From contig JBHLMQ010000010.1 of NCBI GenBank assembly GCA_048938005.1, forward strand, positions 1 to 64,000: 64,000 nt of DNA, read 5' to 3'. This document shows positions 33,981-45,379 of this stretch, one piece after another. Under the pieces are notes generated by a model, which made no database searches, was not told the DNA's origin, and was given only the letters and a program-made list of their open reading frames with translations. The position numbers were made by a program, and so were the translations under genes. Within the stretch, counting starts at the first letter, position 1, and the number at the start of each line of letters is the position of its first letter. The stretch is from Promethearchaeota archaeon (lineage in GTDB: Archaea > Asgardarchaeota > Lokiarchaeia > Sigyniarchaeales > SOKP01).

Positions 33981-35711
33981 TTATTCAAGAGATAACCTCT
34001 CTTCAGACTCTTGAATATGTGTCTGCATTGAGGTAGGGGGATTATTACACCATATAAAGTGGCCTTCTTCGATTTTAATCTTATGAGGAATATTTAATTC
34101 ACAATCTTTTGTACGAGCATCAGAAGAACAACGTGGATTATAAGTACAACCAGGTGGTGGCGCTATAGGGCTTGGGACTTCACCTTTGATAGTAAAGTTG
34201 ATCTCTTGATTATAAGGATCGATTTCAGAACGCGAGGCGAGGAGATCTTGAGTATAGGGATGAGTTGGATTTGAAAAAATTTGTTCCTTACTTCCAACCT
34301 CTACAAATTTACCAAGATACATAACAGCTATGCGATCAGCAATATGGGAAACAACAGCTAAATTGTGGGTAATAAACAAAAATCCGTAGCCATATTTTAC
34401 TTGCAAATCTTTAAGAAGGTTAAGAATTTGTGCTTGAACTGATACATCAAGAGCAGAAGTAGGTTCATCTAAAATTATCAACTCTGGATTGCTAGCTAAT
34501 GCTCTTGCTATAATAATTCTTTGCTTTTGTCCACCTGAAAACTCGTGAGGATAACGATCCATGTGTTCCCGTTTTAACGAAACCTGATTTAACAACTTCA
34601 ATACATGTCTTCTAATTTGCATTTTATTAGTGATACCAAGCAAATTCTTTAAGGGCTCTGCTATAACATCAACCACTTTCATCCGTGGATTTAACGACGC
34701 ATCAGGATCTTGAAAAACAATCTGAATTTTTTGCCTTAACCAACTTGTATATTCGGGAGGAATTGGAGTATTATGAAACAATATTTCTCCACTTGTTTTG
34801 TCTACTAAACCCAGAATCGCATTTGCGATAGTTGTTTTTCCACATCCACTTTCTCCAACTAATCCTAGTGTTTCACCTGTTTTAACTCCAAAAGAGACAC
34901 CCGTGACCGCTTTAACAGAACCAACTTGTCTTTTAAGCGTTCCTTTTAAAAGAGGGTAATACACATGGAGATCTTTAACCTTTAATAATTCCTTACCTTT
35001 TTCAAGAACAAATAGTTCTTTTAGTGTTTGATACGGAATTGCACTATAAGCAATTTGTTTTACTATAATTGTGATTATAATTGAAATTGTAAGAGAGATT
35101 ATGAAATTTAGAAATGCATAAACAATAAATACTATTTGCTGTGAGACAAAAGTGAACATTAAATACGAAATTCCCGACGTAATACCGATTATTGCGACTA
35201 AATTTCTATGTTTTATTAATTGAATTTTATCTCCCCAATACGCAACCAATACCGAAATACCAAGAAGGCCGAAGAAAGAAAGAATAAACGTGAATTTAGA
35301 TTCATTAAATACATTATTAATTACCTCGATTGGGATATATTTCATAAAAACGTTTACTACCTTTAAAGTCAAATTTATTATAAGGATTATAATAAATAGA
35401 ATGATTTGGATAATAATTACAAAAAACATAGAATGTGTAAGTTTTTTCCTATAAATTATCATAACAATAGGAATTCCTATAATAGTATTTACACATGTTA
35501 TGAGAATAGCAATTAAAAAATTCACATATACAAGATCATAGAATAAAAACTCAATTAGGAAAATTGGCAAGTACCATACAGCGGATACAAATAAAGCTGG
35601 CATAAATGTTCCATCCCATTTTTTGACTGTGGCATACCATTGCGTAATAAAAGTTCCAAAAAAGGATATCAAGATTGCATCTATGATTTGAAGGGTTATT
35701 ATTATGCTCAT
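33981..35711 (-). CDS. Oligopeptide ABC transporter ATPase (OppF/DppF) with N-terminal polytopic membrane domain
   Basis: GESGCGKT, YPHEFSGGQKQR, DEPTSALD and C-terminal Cys motif. The first ~225 aa are hydrophobic. Confidence 0.9.
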   Translation of the reverse strand: MSIIITLQIIDAILISFFGTFITQWYATVKKWDGTFMPALFVSAVWYLPIFLIEFLFYDLVYVNFLIAILITCVNTIIGIPIVMIIYRKKLTHSMFFVIIIQIILFIIILIINLTLKVVNVFMKYIPIEVINNVFNESKFTFILSFFGLLGISVLVAYWGDKIQLIKHRNLVAIIGITSGISYLMFTFVSQQIVFIVYAFLNFIISLTISIIITIIVKQIAYSAIPYQTLKELFVLEKGKELLKVKDLHVYYPLLKGTLKRQVGSVKAVTGVSFGVKTGETLGLVGESGCGKTTIANAILGLVDKTSGEILFHNTPIPPEYTSWLRQKIQIVFQDPDASLNPRMKVVDVIAEPLKNLLGITNKMQIRRHVLKLLNQVSLKREHMDRYPHEFSGGQKQRIIIARALASNPELIILDEPTSALDVSVQAQILNLLKDLQVKYGYGFLFITHNLAVVSHIADRIAVMYLGKFVEVGSKEQIFSNPTHPYTQDLLASRSEIDPYNQEINFTIKGEVPSPIAPPPGCTYNPRCSSDARTKDCELNIPHKIKIEEGHFIWCNNPPTSMQTHIQESEERLSLE

Positions 35712-35761
35712 AATAATCTCCTATTCTTCCTTTATCTTATTTTATTATTTGTAATAATTAT

Positions 35762-37669
35762 TTAATTTACTATTTTATTATTAGCATCTTCCACTTTCTT
35801 TATAGAAATCTCTGCAAGACTTTTATACTCAGGATCATAAAGATGACATGCTACAAAATATTCTGGAGCAACCTCCTTTTGCTTTGGAACTTTTGAATAA
35901 CAAGGCTCGAAACAATATTGACATCTAGGATGAAATCTGCAGCCTGAAGGGGGATAAATTAAATTTGGTACCCTTCCAGGTATAATTTCAAGCCTATCTT
36001 GGTTTTTCCCTATGACAGGAACAGAAGTTATAAGCCCTCTTGTGTATGGATGATAGGGGTGAATAAATAATTTCTTTATATCTCCATATTCAACAATAGA
36101 ACCACTGTACATCACAGCAACACGTTCACACATTTTGGAGATAATACCTAGATCATGAGTAATATATAATATTGTTGTATTGTATTTCTTACGAAGTTCT
36201 TTCATAAGTTTAAGAATTTGGTTTTGTATCGTCACATCTAACGCAGTAGTAGGTTCGTCAGCAATTAATAATTTAGGTCTACATGCGAGAGCCATAGCAA
36301 TCTGAACTCTTTGTCGCATACCACCACTTAATTCATGAGGGTATCGATCTATAATAATTTCAGGAAAGGGTATATTTAAATCTCTTAAAAGGGCTATACT
36401 CCATTCTCGAGCAACACTATATAAACTTTTATCGGGAAATTTGGAAGCTTCAACAAGTAATTCATTTTCCATATGCAATAGATATACTTCAGAGATTTGA
36501 GCCCCTATTTTAAAAACTGGGTTTAGAGAATTGAGTGGATCTTGAAAAATCATAGTAAGGTCTTTCCCACGATATTTTAACATTTCTGATTCAGTTTTTA
36601 ATAACAGATTTTCTCCTCCAAAAATAACTTTCCCTTTCTCTATCTTTCCTGGAGGTCGAATTACCTGAAGAATAGACAATGCGGTTACAGTTTTCCCACA
36701 GCCAGTTTCGCCTACAAGACCAAGAACTTCTCCTTCATATATTTTAAAAGAGACACCTTCTACAGCACGAACAATACCCTCTTCTGTATGAAAATACGTA
36801 GTGAGATCTTCCACATTAAGAACAACATGATTGTGGTCTAATGTAAAGTCTTTTACAGGTTGCTCTTCAAATAATTCTAATGCGGTTTGGAATTTTAATT
36901 TACTTTTTTCCATTTGCTTCGGCATAAATTTCTTTTTCAAGGATATGTAAAATACGAAACCATAAATGCCACTAACAACACCAATTAATATACGAATGTC
37001 TTGATTAAATGTTATTACTCCAAATAGTCTATTCAAATACAATTCAAAGATTATTAATTGTATTGACCAAATTCCAAATGAGATAAGACCACCAGAAAAC
37101 ATAGAATATTTAAAAGGTTTTTTTGGAATGCGCTTCTCAATTGGGAGGAGTTTATTAATTAAAATAGTGATGCTCATATCAATCCCAACAGTTAAACCCG
37201 CCCATAAAAATCCGAGGTAAAAGGTTTCAATTTTAAATGATCCTAATTCTTGAATATCTTCAATTCCTAGGAGAGGAATTGAAATAAAAATTATCGAAAT
37301 TATCCAATTTACTCCAATAAATATTTTGAATATTCTAATAAATGGACTACTAATAAGTTCCTCTCTTAAAGCGCCAAATCTTTCATATTTATACACAAAT
37401 TCTTTATACAAAAAATAAAAGATTGTCGTCATTATTGCAAATGATAAAGCATCAGTATTGAAAATTAAAAACGCATTATTAAAAGCCCATAGAGTTTCAA
37501 AAAGAGATCTAATAAGAAAGATAATACCTAATACTATGATGCTAATTACGGCTGAGCACTTTTTATGTATTTTTTTTGAGAGTTGTTTATCTTCAGGAAT
37601 TTGATTATTGATTAGATTTGAAATTAAGTATAAAATGAATGCTGCAATAATAGATTCCATTAAAGCCAT
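35762..37669 (-). CDS. Oligopeptide ABC transporter ATPase (OppD/DppD) with N-terminal polytopic membrane domain
   Basis: [28 protein letters not shown] and GCRFHPRC. The first ~245 aa are hydrophobic. Confidence 0.9.
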   Translation of the reverse strand: MALMESIIAAFILYLISNLINNQIPEDKQLSKKIHKKCSAVISIIVLGIIFLIRSLFETLWAFNNAFLIFNTDALSFAIMTTIFYFLYKEFVYKYERFGALREELISSPFIRIFKIFIGVNWIISIIFISIPLLGIEDIQELGSFKIETFYLGFLWAGLTVGIDMSITILINKLLPIEKRIPKKPFKYSMFSGGLISFGIWSIQLIIFELYLNRLFGVITFNQDIRILIGVVSGIYGFVFYISLKKKFMPKQMEKSKLKFQTALELFEEQPVKDFTLDHNHVVLNVEDLTTYFHTEEGIVRAVEGVSFKIYEGEVLGLVGETGCGKTVTALSILQVIRPPGKIEKGKVIFGGENLLLKTESEMLKYRGKDLTMIFQDPLNSLNPVFKIGAQISEVYLLHMENELLVEASKFPDKSLYSVAREWSIALLRDLNIPFPEIIIDRYPHELSGGMRQRVQIAMALACRPKLLIADEPTTALDVTIQNQILKLMKELRKKYNTTILYITHDLGIISKMCERVAVMYSGSIVEYGDIKKLFIHPYHPYTRGLITSVPVIGKNQDRLEIIPGRVPNLIYPPSGCRFHPRCQYCFEPCYSKVPKQKEVAPEYFVACHLYDPEYKSLAEISIKKVEDANNKIVN

Positions 37670-37730
37670 TCCATAATTTAATCCATACTTAGTTTGATAT
37701 AATGAATTTAAAACTTTTTATCCCTCTTTT

Positions 37731-38729
37731 TTATAATTTTAGTCGTGGATCTAATGCGTCTCGCAATCCATCTCCAACTAGTATATATCCTATGGCTGCA
37801 ATTCCAATAAATAATCCAGGCCAAAAAGCCGCATTGATATTGGTTATTGAACCTTGTGCCCAAAAAATGTCAATTCCCCAACTAGCAACAGTTGGGTCTG
37901 AAAATCCTATAAAAGCTAGACCTGCTAGGCCTATTATTGCAATCGCAGCACCACCAAAAAAAGCTACTAACATAGGAGATATTGCGTTCGGTACAATATG
38001 TTTAAACATTACCTTAAATTTTAACGCACCACCCACTTTTGCGGCTTTAACATACTCTAGTTGCTTTACTTGTAAAACAAGTGATCGCATGAACCTGATA
38101 TTATATGGTATAAAAAGGATTCCATAAATTACAAGAGTGGTTAATAAATCTTGACTTATCATGGGAGCGAGTATAACGACAAGTATCAATGTGGGAAAGG
38201 CGTACATTAAATCTACAAAACGCATCATTATATAATCAATAGCTCCACCAAAATATGCAGATATCGTTCCTAAAATAAGACCTCCTCCAATAGAAATTGT
38301 TACAGGGATTAATGATGTTAATATTGTAGTTCTAGCTCCCCAAAGAATTCTTGCTAAAACATCATATCCATTTTCTGTTGTCCCCAAGGGATGTTCTGCC
38401 GATGGAGGAGCAAACTCAATTGGGTTAGGAGGAACATATGGTATTCTTAACTCTTGTAGTGGATAATTAGTTAACCAAGGAGTATATACCGCTAACACAA
38501 ATATAAATAAAATCATTAAAATACCAAATATTGTAAGAGGTTTAAGAAGGTGTCGAAATAATCTTCTTTTAGACTTTATTTTTTCTATATGATATTCTTG
38601 AGCAGAGAATTCAGGATCTCGCCAACCAGGAATTAAATAAAACTTTAAGAATCGAAAAAATTTCTTTTTTCTTAGTGATTCAGATTGCTCGTGATCTGTT
38701 GGACGTTCTTCTATTGCTTGTTCTGTCAT
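37731..38729 (-). CDS. Oligopeptide ABC transporter permease (OppC/DppC)
   Basis: HPLGT..GYDVLARILWGAR, EAA-like YVKAAKVGGA and GDGLRDALDP. Confidence 0.93.
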   Translation of the reverse strand: MTEQAIEERPTDHEQSESLRKKKFFRFLKFYLIPGWRDPEFSAQEYHIEKIKSKRRLFRHLLKPLTIFGILMILFIFVLAVYTPWLTNYPLQELRIPYVPPNPIEFAPPSAEHPLGTTENGYDVLARILWGARTTILTSLIPVTISIGGGLILGTISAYFGGAIDYIMMRFVDLMYAFPTLILVVILAPMISQDLLTTLVIYGILFIPYNIRFMRSLVLQVKQLEYVKAAKVGGALKFKVMFKHIVPNAISPMLVAFFGGAAIAIIGLAGLAFIGFSDPTVASWGIDIFWAQGSITNINAAFWPGLFIGIAAIGYILVGDGLRDALDPRLKL

Positions 38730-38757
38730 CTTAAATAACCTCTCAATTTTTTATATG

Positions 38758-39813
38758 TCATGTGTATGTTATTCTCGGATCAATAATTGTATACATAACA
38801 TCTGTAACTAAATTTCCTATAAGAATTATTATAGTTGCAAATACTAAGAGACCATTTATAACCAAGTAATCTCCTACTAAGATAGAATACACCATATAAT
38901 ATCCATAACCTTTATAGTTAAAAGTTACTTCGATAAAAAAAGATCCTAATAGTGCTGTTGCGGTCCCCCCGATAATAAGATTGCTAACAGGTATCAATGC
39001 GTTACGAATGGCATGTTTATTTATAACCTCTTTTTCTAAAACACCTTTAGCTCGGGCAGTTCTAATATAATCTTGATCTAAAACATCTAACATACTTGAT
39101 CGGGTTTGTCTGGTAATACTAGCCAATGAAACAAAAGTTAAACATATGGCTGGGAGAATTAAATGTAATAATGTATCGAATAAGTATATTTGATCATTAT
39201 AAAGTATGCTGTCAATAATACGAAATCCTGTTATGCGTCCAGGACTAGGCAGACCAGGTGTATTTGCGAACACGGCGGGTAAATCTAAACCACCCCTAGT
39301 AAATATACCTAAATAAAAACCAAAAAAGAGTTGGAGCATGATAGCAATCCAAAACACTGGAAATCCAGCTCCTATAATTGCTAGAGTTCTAATGGCTACA
39401 TCTTTTTTTTTATCCTTATGGGTTGCAGATGCTATTCCAAGTTTAACTGCTAAAATAGGGCTTAATACTATTGGGATTATCATCAATTCTATTGTCTTTG
39501 GAAATATTTCCCAAATAAAATCTATTACTGGTCTATCCTTTGCAACTATATAAGAAGTACCCCAATCTCCTGTAAAAAAATTTTTGTAATAAATAGCAAG
39601 TTGAACATACCAGGGGTCATAATATCCAATTCTCCTTAATTCTGCTTCAATGACTTCAGGATCGAGTATATCACCCAACTTATTGGTAACTGGGTTAACA
39701 GCCATCAAGCGCGATAAGAACCAGGCAAGAGTTAGAACCAAAAACAACATAGGAATCATCATTAATATCCGTTTGATGATATATTTTATCATATTTTTTG
39801 GTTGTTTAGCCAT
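38758..39813 (-). CDS. Oligopeptide ABC transporter permease (OppB/DppB)
   Basis: GDWGTS, QDYIRTARAKG, HAIRNAL and IDPRI. Confidence 0.93.
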   Translation of the reverse strand: MAKQPKNMIKYIIKRILMMIPMLFLVLTLAWFLSRLMAVNPVTNKLGDILDPEVIEAELRRIGYYDPWYVQLAIYYKNFFTGDWGTSYIVAKDRPVIDFIWEIFPKTIELMIIPIVLSPILAVKLGIASATHKDKKKDVAIRTLAIIGAGFPVFWIAIMLQLFFGFYLGIFTRGGLDLPAVFANTPGLPSPGRITGFRIIDSILYNDQIYLFDTLLHLILPAICLTFVSLASITRQTRSSMLDVLDQDYIRTARAKGVLEKEVINKHAIRNALIPVSNLIIGGTATALLGSFFIEVTFNYKGYGYYMVYSILVGDYLVINGLLVFATIIILIGNLVTDVMYTIIDPRITYT

Positions 39814-39863
39814 TCTTTTCTCCTCTTCTCTACAAATAATAATTGAATTATTCTTTTAGTTTT

Positions 39864-40400
39864 TTAAATTTTTTTTTTTGATTTATTGAATTGTTTAACT
39901 TTCATACCGCTTATAGCACCAGAAAGCGTGCATGCGAATAATATAATAATATTCAAATAACCCCTCCAATCCCCAAATTGCCAGATAATAGGCTCTATTC
40001 TAAAACCAAACATGATCCAATAAAAAATAAAAGCTTCAACAATTATACAAGGAACAAGCCAGATTGATGCTTTTATTCCATAATGTGGAATGTCCTCCTT
40101 ATAAGTTAGTAAAAAGCAAACAAAAAACACCAAAAGTAAAGGTAAAAAAAATGTTTCCCCATATATTTCAAATGTCCAAAATAACACCGTTCTGTTCATT
40201 TCAGTAAAAGGTATCCACGTTTGTACATTAAGAGATATCCACTCATCAACCATAACGATGTTAGCAACAATACCATAATATCCTATTAATACAATTATAT
40301 ACGCTAAGATAACTCCTCCTTGTCGTCCCCAATCGATTTTTATTTTCCCTTTTTTTACATTATTGTTAATTATCAATTGGTTATTCTTATCTTCCGACAT
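39864..40400 (-). CDS. Hypothetical membrane protein (about 4 TM) heading the opp operon
   Basis: 178-aa ORF with four hydrophobic segments, co-oriented with oppB. Confidence 0.7.
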   Translation of the reverse strand: MSEDKNNQLIINNNVKKGKIKIDWGRQGGVILAYIIVLIGYYGIVANIVMVDEWISLNVQTWIPFTEMNRTVLFWTFEIYGETFFLPLLLVFFVCFLLTYKEDIPHYGIKASIWLVPCIIVEAFIFYWIMFGFRIEPIIWQFGDWRGYLNIIILFACTLSGAISGMKVKQFNKSKKKI

Positions 40401-40625
40401 TATCTTGAATCTTTAATTTTAATGCTAAAAACATTTAGAAAAATCAAAATTCCTTATATCTTTCTTATAATCAGCACAATCTCTTTACGAGAAGTAATAA
40501 TTTTTAGATATATTTAAATATATTATTATCATAACCTTTAATTAAATTTATTATATAAATTTAAATTTTGACAAAAAAATAAGTAAGAAATTCAATCAAA
40601 AAAATATGTAAAGTGAATTATAAAA

Positions 40626-42914
40626 ATGAGAAATTGTTCAAAAAGATTAATATTTTCTCTATTATTTATTTCTATATTATTCCCAATTCTACCTGGAGTA
40701 GTAAAAGCTCAAGAAACGATACCTGTTTTTACTGTGGGAGCTTGTGGACCACGTTCCATATATCACTGGGATCCAACTGCTTATGTGGCGAGTACTGGTG
40801 ACTATTACTTGTATAATGCTCTTGAAAACTTATATGTTTGGCCATACAGTGCGGAAAATGGAAGCCTTGATAATTTAGTAGGAATACTTGCAACCAACTG
40901 GTCAATACATGAGAGACTAGATGAAATGAATGATGCGGGTTTTATGAATTATGACGGAATTGATTATATGGATATTACCCTTCGTGAAAATGTTACATTC
41001 CACGATGGATCAGATTGGAACGCAACAGTATGTAAATGGAATATTGATAGACTCATGGTTATCCTAGGAAATATCAATTTCTGCCTTGGTTCTACATATG
41101 ATTCAAATGTGCGTAATACGAGGCCGATTTATTGGATGAGTATAGCTGATTGGGCTCCTTATGCAACATCATCTTGGAATGTAACAAAATTACGTGGGCC
41201 TCTAGCTCCTGATATTCCCTATGTTGGTAATTTTTCCAAATACGGATATCTTAGTACTTACCCCGGATTCGGAGATTCATACTTCCCTGATATCCCATTG
41301 GGCTATAATCGCTTTCCTCGATTTACAAATGTAACTATTCTTGATGATAAGCAATCAGGAGGAACACTTAGAGTATATTTTAATGATTGGGGTACTGGTC
41401 CACAATATCTCGCTAATATCGAGTTTATCTCCATGGCATCTTATGAAAATTATTTTTATGTTCCAATCTTAGGGTATGGAGATAATCCACTCTTTCCACA
41501 GGACGATCCGGCAACTTTCCCTGGACATTTAATCGGTACGGGTCCTTATATCTTTGAAAGCCATGTAGGTGATGCCGGAACAATGAGAAGATTCGATAAT
41601 TGGTGGAATTCTTCAGCTCAACAAGCTGAAGGTTGGCATACCGTTCCGAATATTGCTTTAACTACTTTTGCTCATTCCGCTACAGGATATACAACAAGGA
41701 CTCTTGCCATGGTGACTGGAGATATTGACTGGGCTTTCGATCGTTCCTGGGAACCTCTTGGTTATAGTGACATAGTTGCAACTCCTGGCTTAAGGTACGT
41801 GGATATGGGTACGGAGGATTACGGAGAAATTATCGTTTTAAATTGTCTCGAAGAAACATATTTACGATACTGGTCTGATACTGAATTTAACTTAACTGAT
41901 GTTGGAATTCTAACTGTTTCTGCTTTTAAGAATCCAGATGGAACTATAACAGCACATGGAGTAAACCGTACCCTTAGGAAAGCGATTTCTTATGCTTTTG
42001 ATTACAATAAATACTTAAGTTTATTTGGAGGGCGTGTAGAGCGTTCTGGAGGATTTCTTGCACCAACCCATGAATATTATGATGGGTCCATACCCCTCGC
42101 CTATACAAATCTCACCATAGCGCGACAAGCCCTTCTAGATGATCCATTCTATGAAGCAAAGTGTACTGCTCGAGGCCTAGATATTTACAATACGACGGAT
42201 GAATGGATCGATGTAGCAAATAGTGATCCGATCTACACCTTTGAATATCACTATGATGATGCCCATTTAGAATCTTATTCTGTGCTAACAACATCACTAG
42301 CAGATATTGGATGTGCTATAGATGCTACCCAAGATTGGCCCGATACATATTCAGTAATAACTGATTATGACTTTCCTTTATTCACGAATGATGGATTTGC
42401 AATTAAACCTTATCATGCCCGTTTTAACGATCTCGGATACATTGAAGCTTATTATGAAAGTACTGGCGTTATTGAGCAAGATCCCGGTGGTTATCGCGTG
42501 ATATCAGATTACAATTCATATCCTTATATGTATCCCTATAAAGGATATAGCAACATGGGCTTTAATTACAATGCAACGTGCGATAGTTGGATAACAAAAT
42601 TGTGGTTCCAAAATTCTACTGGAGACCAGATGTATTACAGTGCACTGAGTGATTGGACTCAAAACTTTCAATATCCGATCATCTATTTAGGAAATGATAG
42701 GATCGGGCACGCTGTTAGTGATGATTGGGATTATGCCTGGTGGTGGAATTTCATGTTGCATTTTAATTTAGTGAAATATACACCTTATGTAGCTATTCCA
42801 GTATTAGATCCTTTTATCCTTGGACTTATTAGTGGACTTATAATCGGAGTAGGTGGTTCTGCAATAGTAATAGTAGCCAATTCGCTAATTAGAAAAAGGG
42901 GGAAAAAAACATAA
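40626..42914 (+). CDS. ABC transporter substrate-binding protein, family 5, with signal peptide and C-terminal membrane anchor
   Basis: LRENVTFHDGSDWNA, IGTGPY and LRKAISYAFDY, an N-terminal signal sequence, and a C-terminal TM followed by a basic tail. Confidence 0.88.
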   Translation: MRNCSKRLIFSLLFISILFPILPGVVKAQETIPVFTVGACGPRSIYHWDPTAYVASTGDYYLYNALENLYVWPYSAENGSLDNLVGILATNWSIHERLDEMNDAGFMNYDGIDYMDITLRENVTFHDGSDWNATVCKWNIDRLMVILGNINFCLGSTYDSNVRNTRPIYWMSIADWAPYATSSWNVTKLRGPLAPDIPYVGNFSKYGYLSTYPGFGDSYFPDIPLGYNRFPRFTNVTILDDKQSGGTLRVYFNDWGTGPQYLANIEFISMASYENYFYVPILGYGDNPLFPQDDPATFPGHLIGTGPYIFESHVGDAGTMRRFDNWWNSSAQQAEGWHTVPNIALTTFAHSATGYTTRTLAMVTGDIDWAFDRSWEPLGYSDIVATPGLRYVDMGTEDYGEIIVLNCLEETYLRYWSDTEFNLTDVGILTVSAFKNPDGTITAHGVNRTLRKAISYAFDYNKYLSLFGGRVERSGGFLAPTHEYYDGSIPLAYTNLTIARQALLDDPFYEAKCTARGLDIYNTTDEWIDVANSDPIYTFEYHYDDAHLESYSVLTTSLADIGCAIDATQDWPDTYSVITDYDFPLFTNDGFAIKPYHARFNDLGYIEAYYESTGVIEQDPGGYRVISDYNSYPYMYPYKGYSNMGFNYNATCDSWITKLWFQNSTGDQMYYSALSDWTQNFQYPIIYLGNDRIGHAVSDDWDYAWWWNFMLHFNLVKYTPYVAIPVLDPFILGLISGLIIGVGGSAIVIVANSLIRKRGKKT

Positions 42915-43094
42915 AAGAAAAAAACATTTAAAATTAATTTTAAAAATAATTTTTTCTTTTTTTTTTAGTATTTTTTTTAATATGTTATTATAAGTTTAAT
43001 GCCAGTTAACCAGAATAATATTAAAGTACTTCTTAAGTAAAAATGCAAGAATACTAGCGGAGTTATATATTAATAATGCATTCTAATATGCTTT

Positions 43095-43154
43095 ATGAAA
43101 GCGATTTTATGCACTAAATATGGACCACTAGAAGTTCTCCAGCTTAAAGAATAG
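43095..43154 (+). pseudogene. Remnant of an MDR-family NAD(P)-dependent oxidoreductase N-terminus
   Basis: MKAILCTKYGPLEVLQLKE* matches the typical MKAxxxxxYGxPEVLxLxEVEKP start, and nothing follows. Confidence 0.6.
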
Positions 43155-43228
43155 AAAAAGAAAAATAAATTAGGAGATTCCCTATGACTAATTGATTTCT
43201 TATTAAAAACAGAAAAAGTAAGAAATAA

Positions 43229-45226
43229 TTATTGAAGCTTATCCTTCATTTCCATATAGAAGTCAAGGGATTCCGGATTTCTTAGAGCACCCCGATTTGC
43301 TACTCCCATTCCATGGATAATTTTAGTTACAGCGATTTCAACTTTTTTGTTGCTAAATGTATATGGAATGCCATCTTTAGGAGCTTGGAATATGAGCTTA
43401 GGAACATGCCTTGGTGAGGTCTTTTCACGTAAAGTCTGTCGGATTTTTGCTTGTAACTCGTCGGTTAATTCATATCCTTCATTAATTAATACGAACATAA
43501 TAATTCGGATATCTCCAGCGAACTTTTGCCCAATGACTAAGGAATCTGCAATTTCAGGAAGTTGTTCTACTACGTTATAGATTTCAGCAGTGCCAATCCT
43601 AACACCCGAAGGTTTTAAAACTGCATCAGATCGACCCCAGAAAGTAATTCCACCAGTATCGCTATGAATAACGATATAATCACCGTGTCTCCAAACATTT
43701 TTACCGGTATCTTTAAAATGATCAAAATAGGCAGCTTTATATTTTGTCATATTATCATCATCACCCCAGAAATATACTGGCATGGAAGGTGCAGGTGCTT
43801 CACAAACGAGCTCAGCTTGTTCATCTTCTACTGGTTCTGCGTTATCATTATAAGATTCAACTTTCATTGCGAGCGCTCTCCCTTGTAATTCACCAGAAAA
43901 TACAGGTAAGATTGGAATGGCACTTGCAAAACAACCATTAATATCAGTACCACCACTTATTGAGTTAAAGTATAAATCCTTTTTGATTTCCTGGTATACA
44001 TATTCAAATCCTTCTGGAGATAAAGTAGATGCCGTTTGTGAGATTTCTCTTAGGGTATTTAAATTGTATTTTTCGGCAGGCTTAAGTTCAAGACCCATAA
44101 GATAATGAATATAAGCTGCACTTGTACCAAAAATCGAAATTTTATGTTTTTCTATTAATTCAAAAAATCTTAAAGGATCAGGATAAAGAGGATTACCATC
44201 ATAAATAAAGATGGTTGCACCAACTGCTAAGGCACTAATCAACCAATTCCACATCATCCAACTTGGAGCGGTGATGTAATTAATTACATCACTCCTTTTA
44301 CAATCAGTAGAAAGTATTAGCTCCTTTAAATGATTAATAAGAACGCCACCACCACTTTGTACCATACACTTTGGTTTTCCTGTCGTTCCAGAAGAGAACA
44401 TAACGTATACAGGATGGTCAAAAGGTAATTGCTCAAATTCAAATCCAGGATCTTCTTCCTTGGAAATGAAATCTTCCCAATTTACTGCCTTAGGAATACC
44501 ATTGACATCTGCTTTACCGTCAGAAATATATGAAACAACGATAACTTTTTCAATTGAAGGAATGGCATTAACTACAGATTTAACATTCTCCCTGATGTCG
44601 AATTCTTTACCTCTGTAATAATACCCATCGACAGTAAAGAGTATTTTAGGTTCAATTTGACTAAATCTATCAATGACTGCACTAGATTGAAGTTCGGCCC
44701 CGCAAGATGCCCAAATTGCTCCAATAGCGGTTGCTGCGAGCATTGCGGTTGGGGTTTCAATCAGATTTGGAATATAAGATACAACTCTATCACCAACCTT
44801 TATTCCAATTTCTTTTAGAGATTTTGCTAAGCGAGCTACAGTTTTATTTAACTCGGCATATGTAATTTGTTTTGATATCTTAGTTTCGCCCTGAAATATA
44901 AAAGCTAATTGGTCGTCTTTATACTTCAGAAGGTTTTCTGCAAAATTGAGAAGACTTCCTTCAAACCATATTGCGCCTGGAAAATGATTGAGATCATCAA
45001 TTACTCTGTCATATTTCTTGGAATAGATTATACCCGTAAATTCCCACATTGCTTCCCAGAAATTTGGGATCTCTTCAACCGACCAATTATATAACTCTTT
45101 CCCGCCTTGGATATTTTTCCCATATTTTTCATTAACAAATTTAATAAACCGTGTACTTTCCGCATTCTTTATCCACTCTTCTGAGGGTTCCCAGAGTTTT
45201 TTTCTTACATCACTCATTATTTTCAC
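43229..45226 (-). CDS. Acetoacetate--CoA ligase
   Basis: LWEPS, LNFAENLL, FSSGTTGKPKC, SISGGTD, WRHGD and GRSDAVLKPSGVRIGTAEIY. The start may be ATG 45217. Confidence 0.9.
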   Translation of the reverse strand: MKIMSDVRKKLWEPSEEWIKNAESTRFIKFVNEKYGKNIQGGKELYNWSVEEIPNFWEAMWEFTGIIYSKKYDRVIDDLNHFPGAIWFEGSLLNFAENLLKYKDDQLAFIFQGETKISKQITYAELNKTVARLAKSLKEIGIKVGDRVVSYIPNLIETPTAMLAATAIGAIWASCGAELQSSAVIDRFSQIEPKILFTVDGYYYRGKEFDIRENVKSVVNAIPSIEKVIVVSYISDGKADVNGIPKAVNWEDFISKEEDPGFEFEQLPFDHPVYVMFSSGTTGKPKCMVQSGGGVLINHLKELILSTDCKRSDVINYITAPSWMMWNWLISALAVGATIFIYDGNPLYPDPLRFFELIEKHKISIFGTSAAYIHYLMGLELKPAEKYNLNTLREISQTASTLSPEGFEYVYQEIKKDLYFNSISGGTDINGCFASAIPILPVFSGELQGRALAMKVESYNDNAEPVEDEQAELVCEAPAPSMPVYFWGDDDNMTKYKAAYFDHFKDTGKNVWRHGDYIVIHSDTGGITFWGRSDAVLKPSGVRIGTAEIYNVVEQLPEIADSLVIGQKFAGDIRIIMFVLINEGYELTDELQAKIRQTLREKTSPRHVPKLIFQAPKDGIPYTFSNKKVEIAVTKIIHGMGVANRGALRNPESLDFYMEMKDKLQ

Positions 45227-45379
45227 AAATTATACTTATTAAATCATTCTCGAAAACTGAATTAAAAAATATTTGAATATAGTATATATTAATAGTATCA
45301 CATAATAGTCGATATAATAAGAATTAAACGTTTAGAATAAAAATAATATTTTGACCTTTTCCAATCTATAACCTTTAAT

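Noticed and set aside
43152-43154. TAG as a pyrrolysine readthrough codon
   Set aside because: The similarity continues only after a frameshift and then stops, so a deletion relic is more parsimonious.
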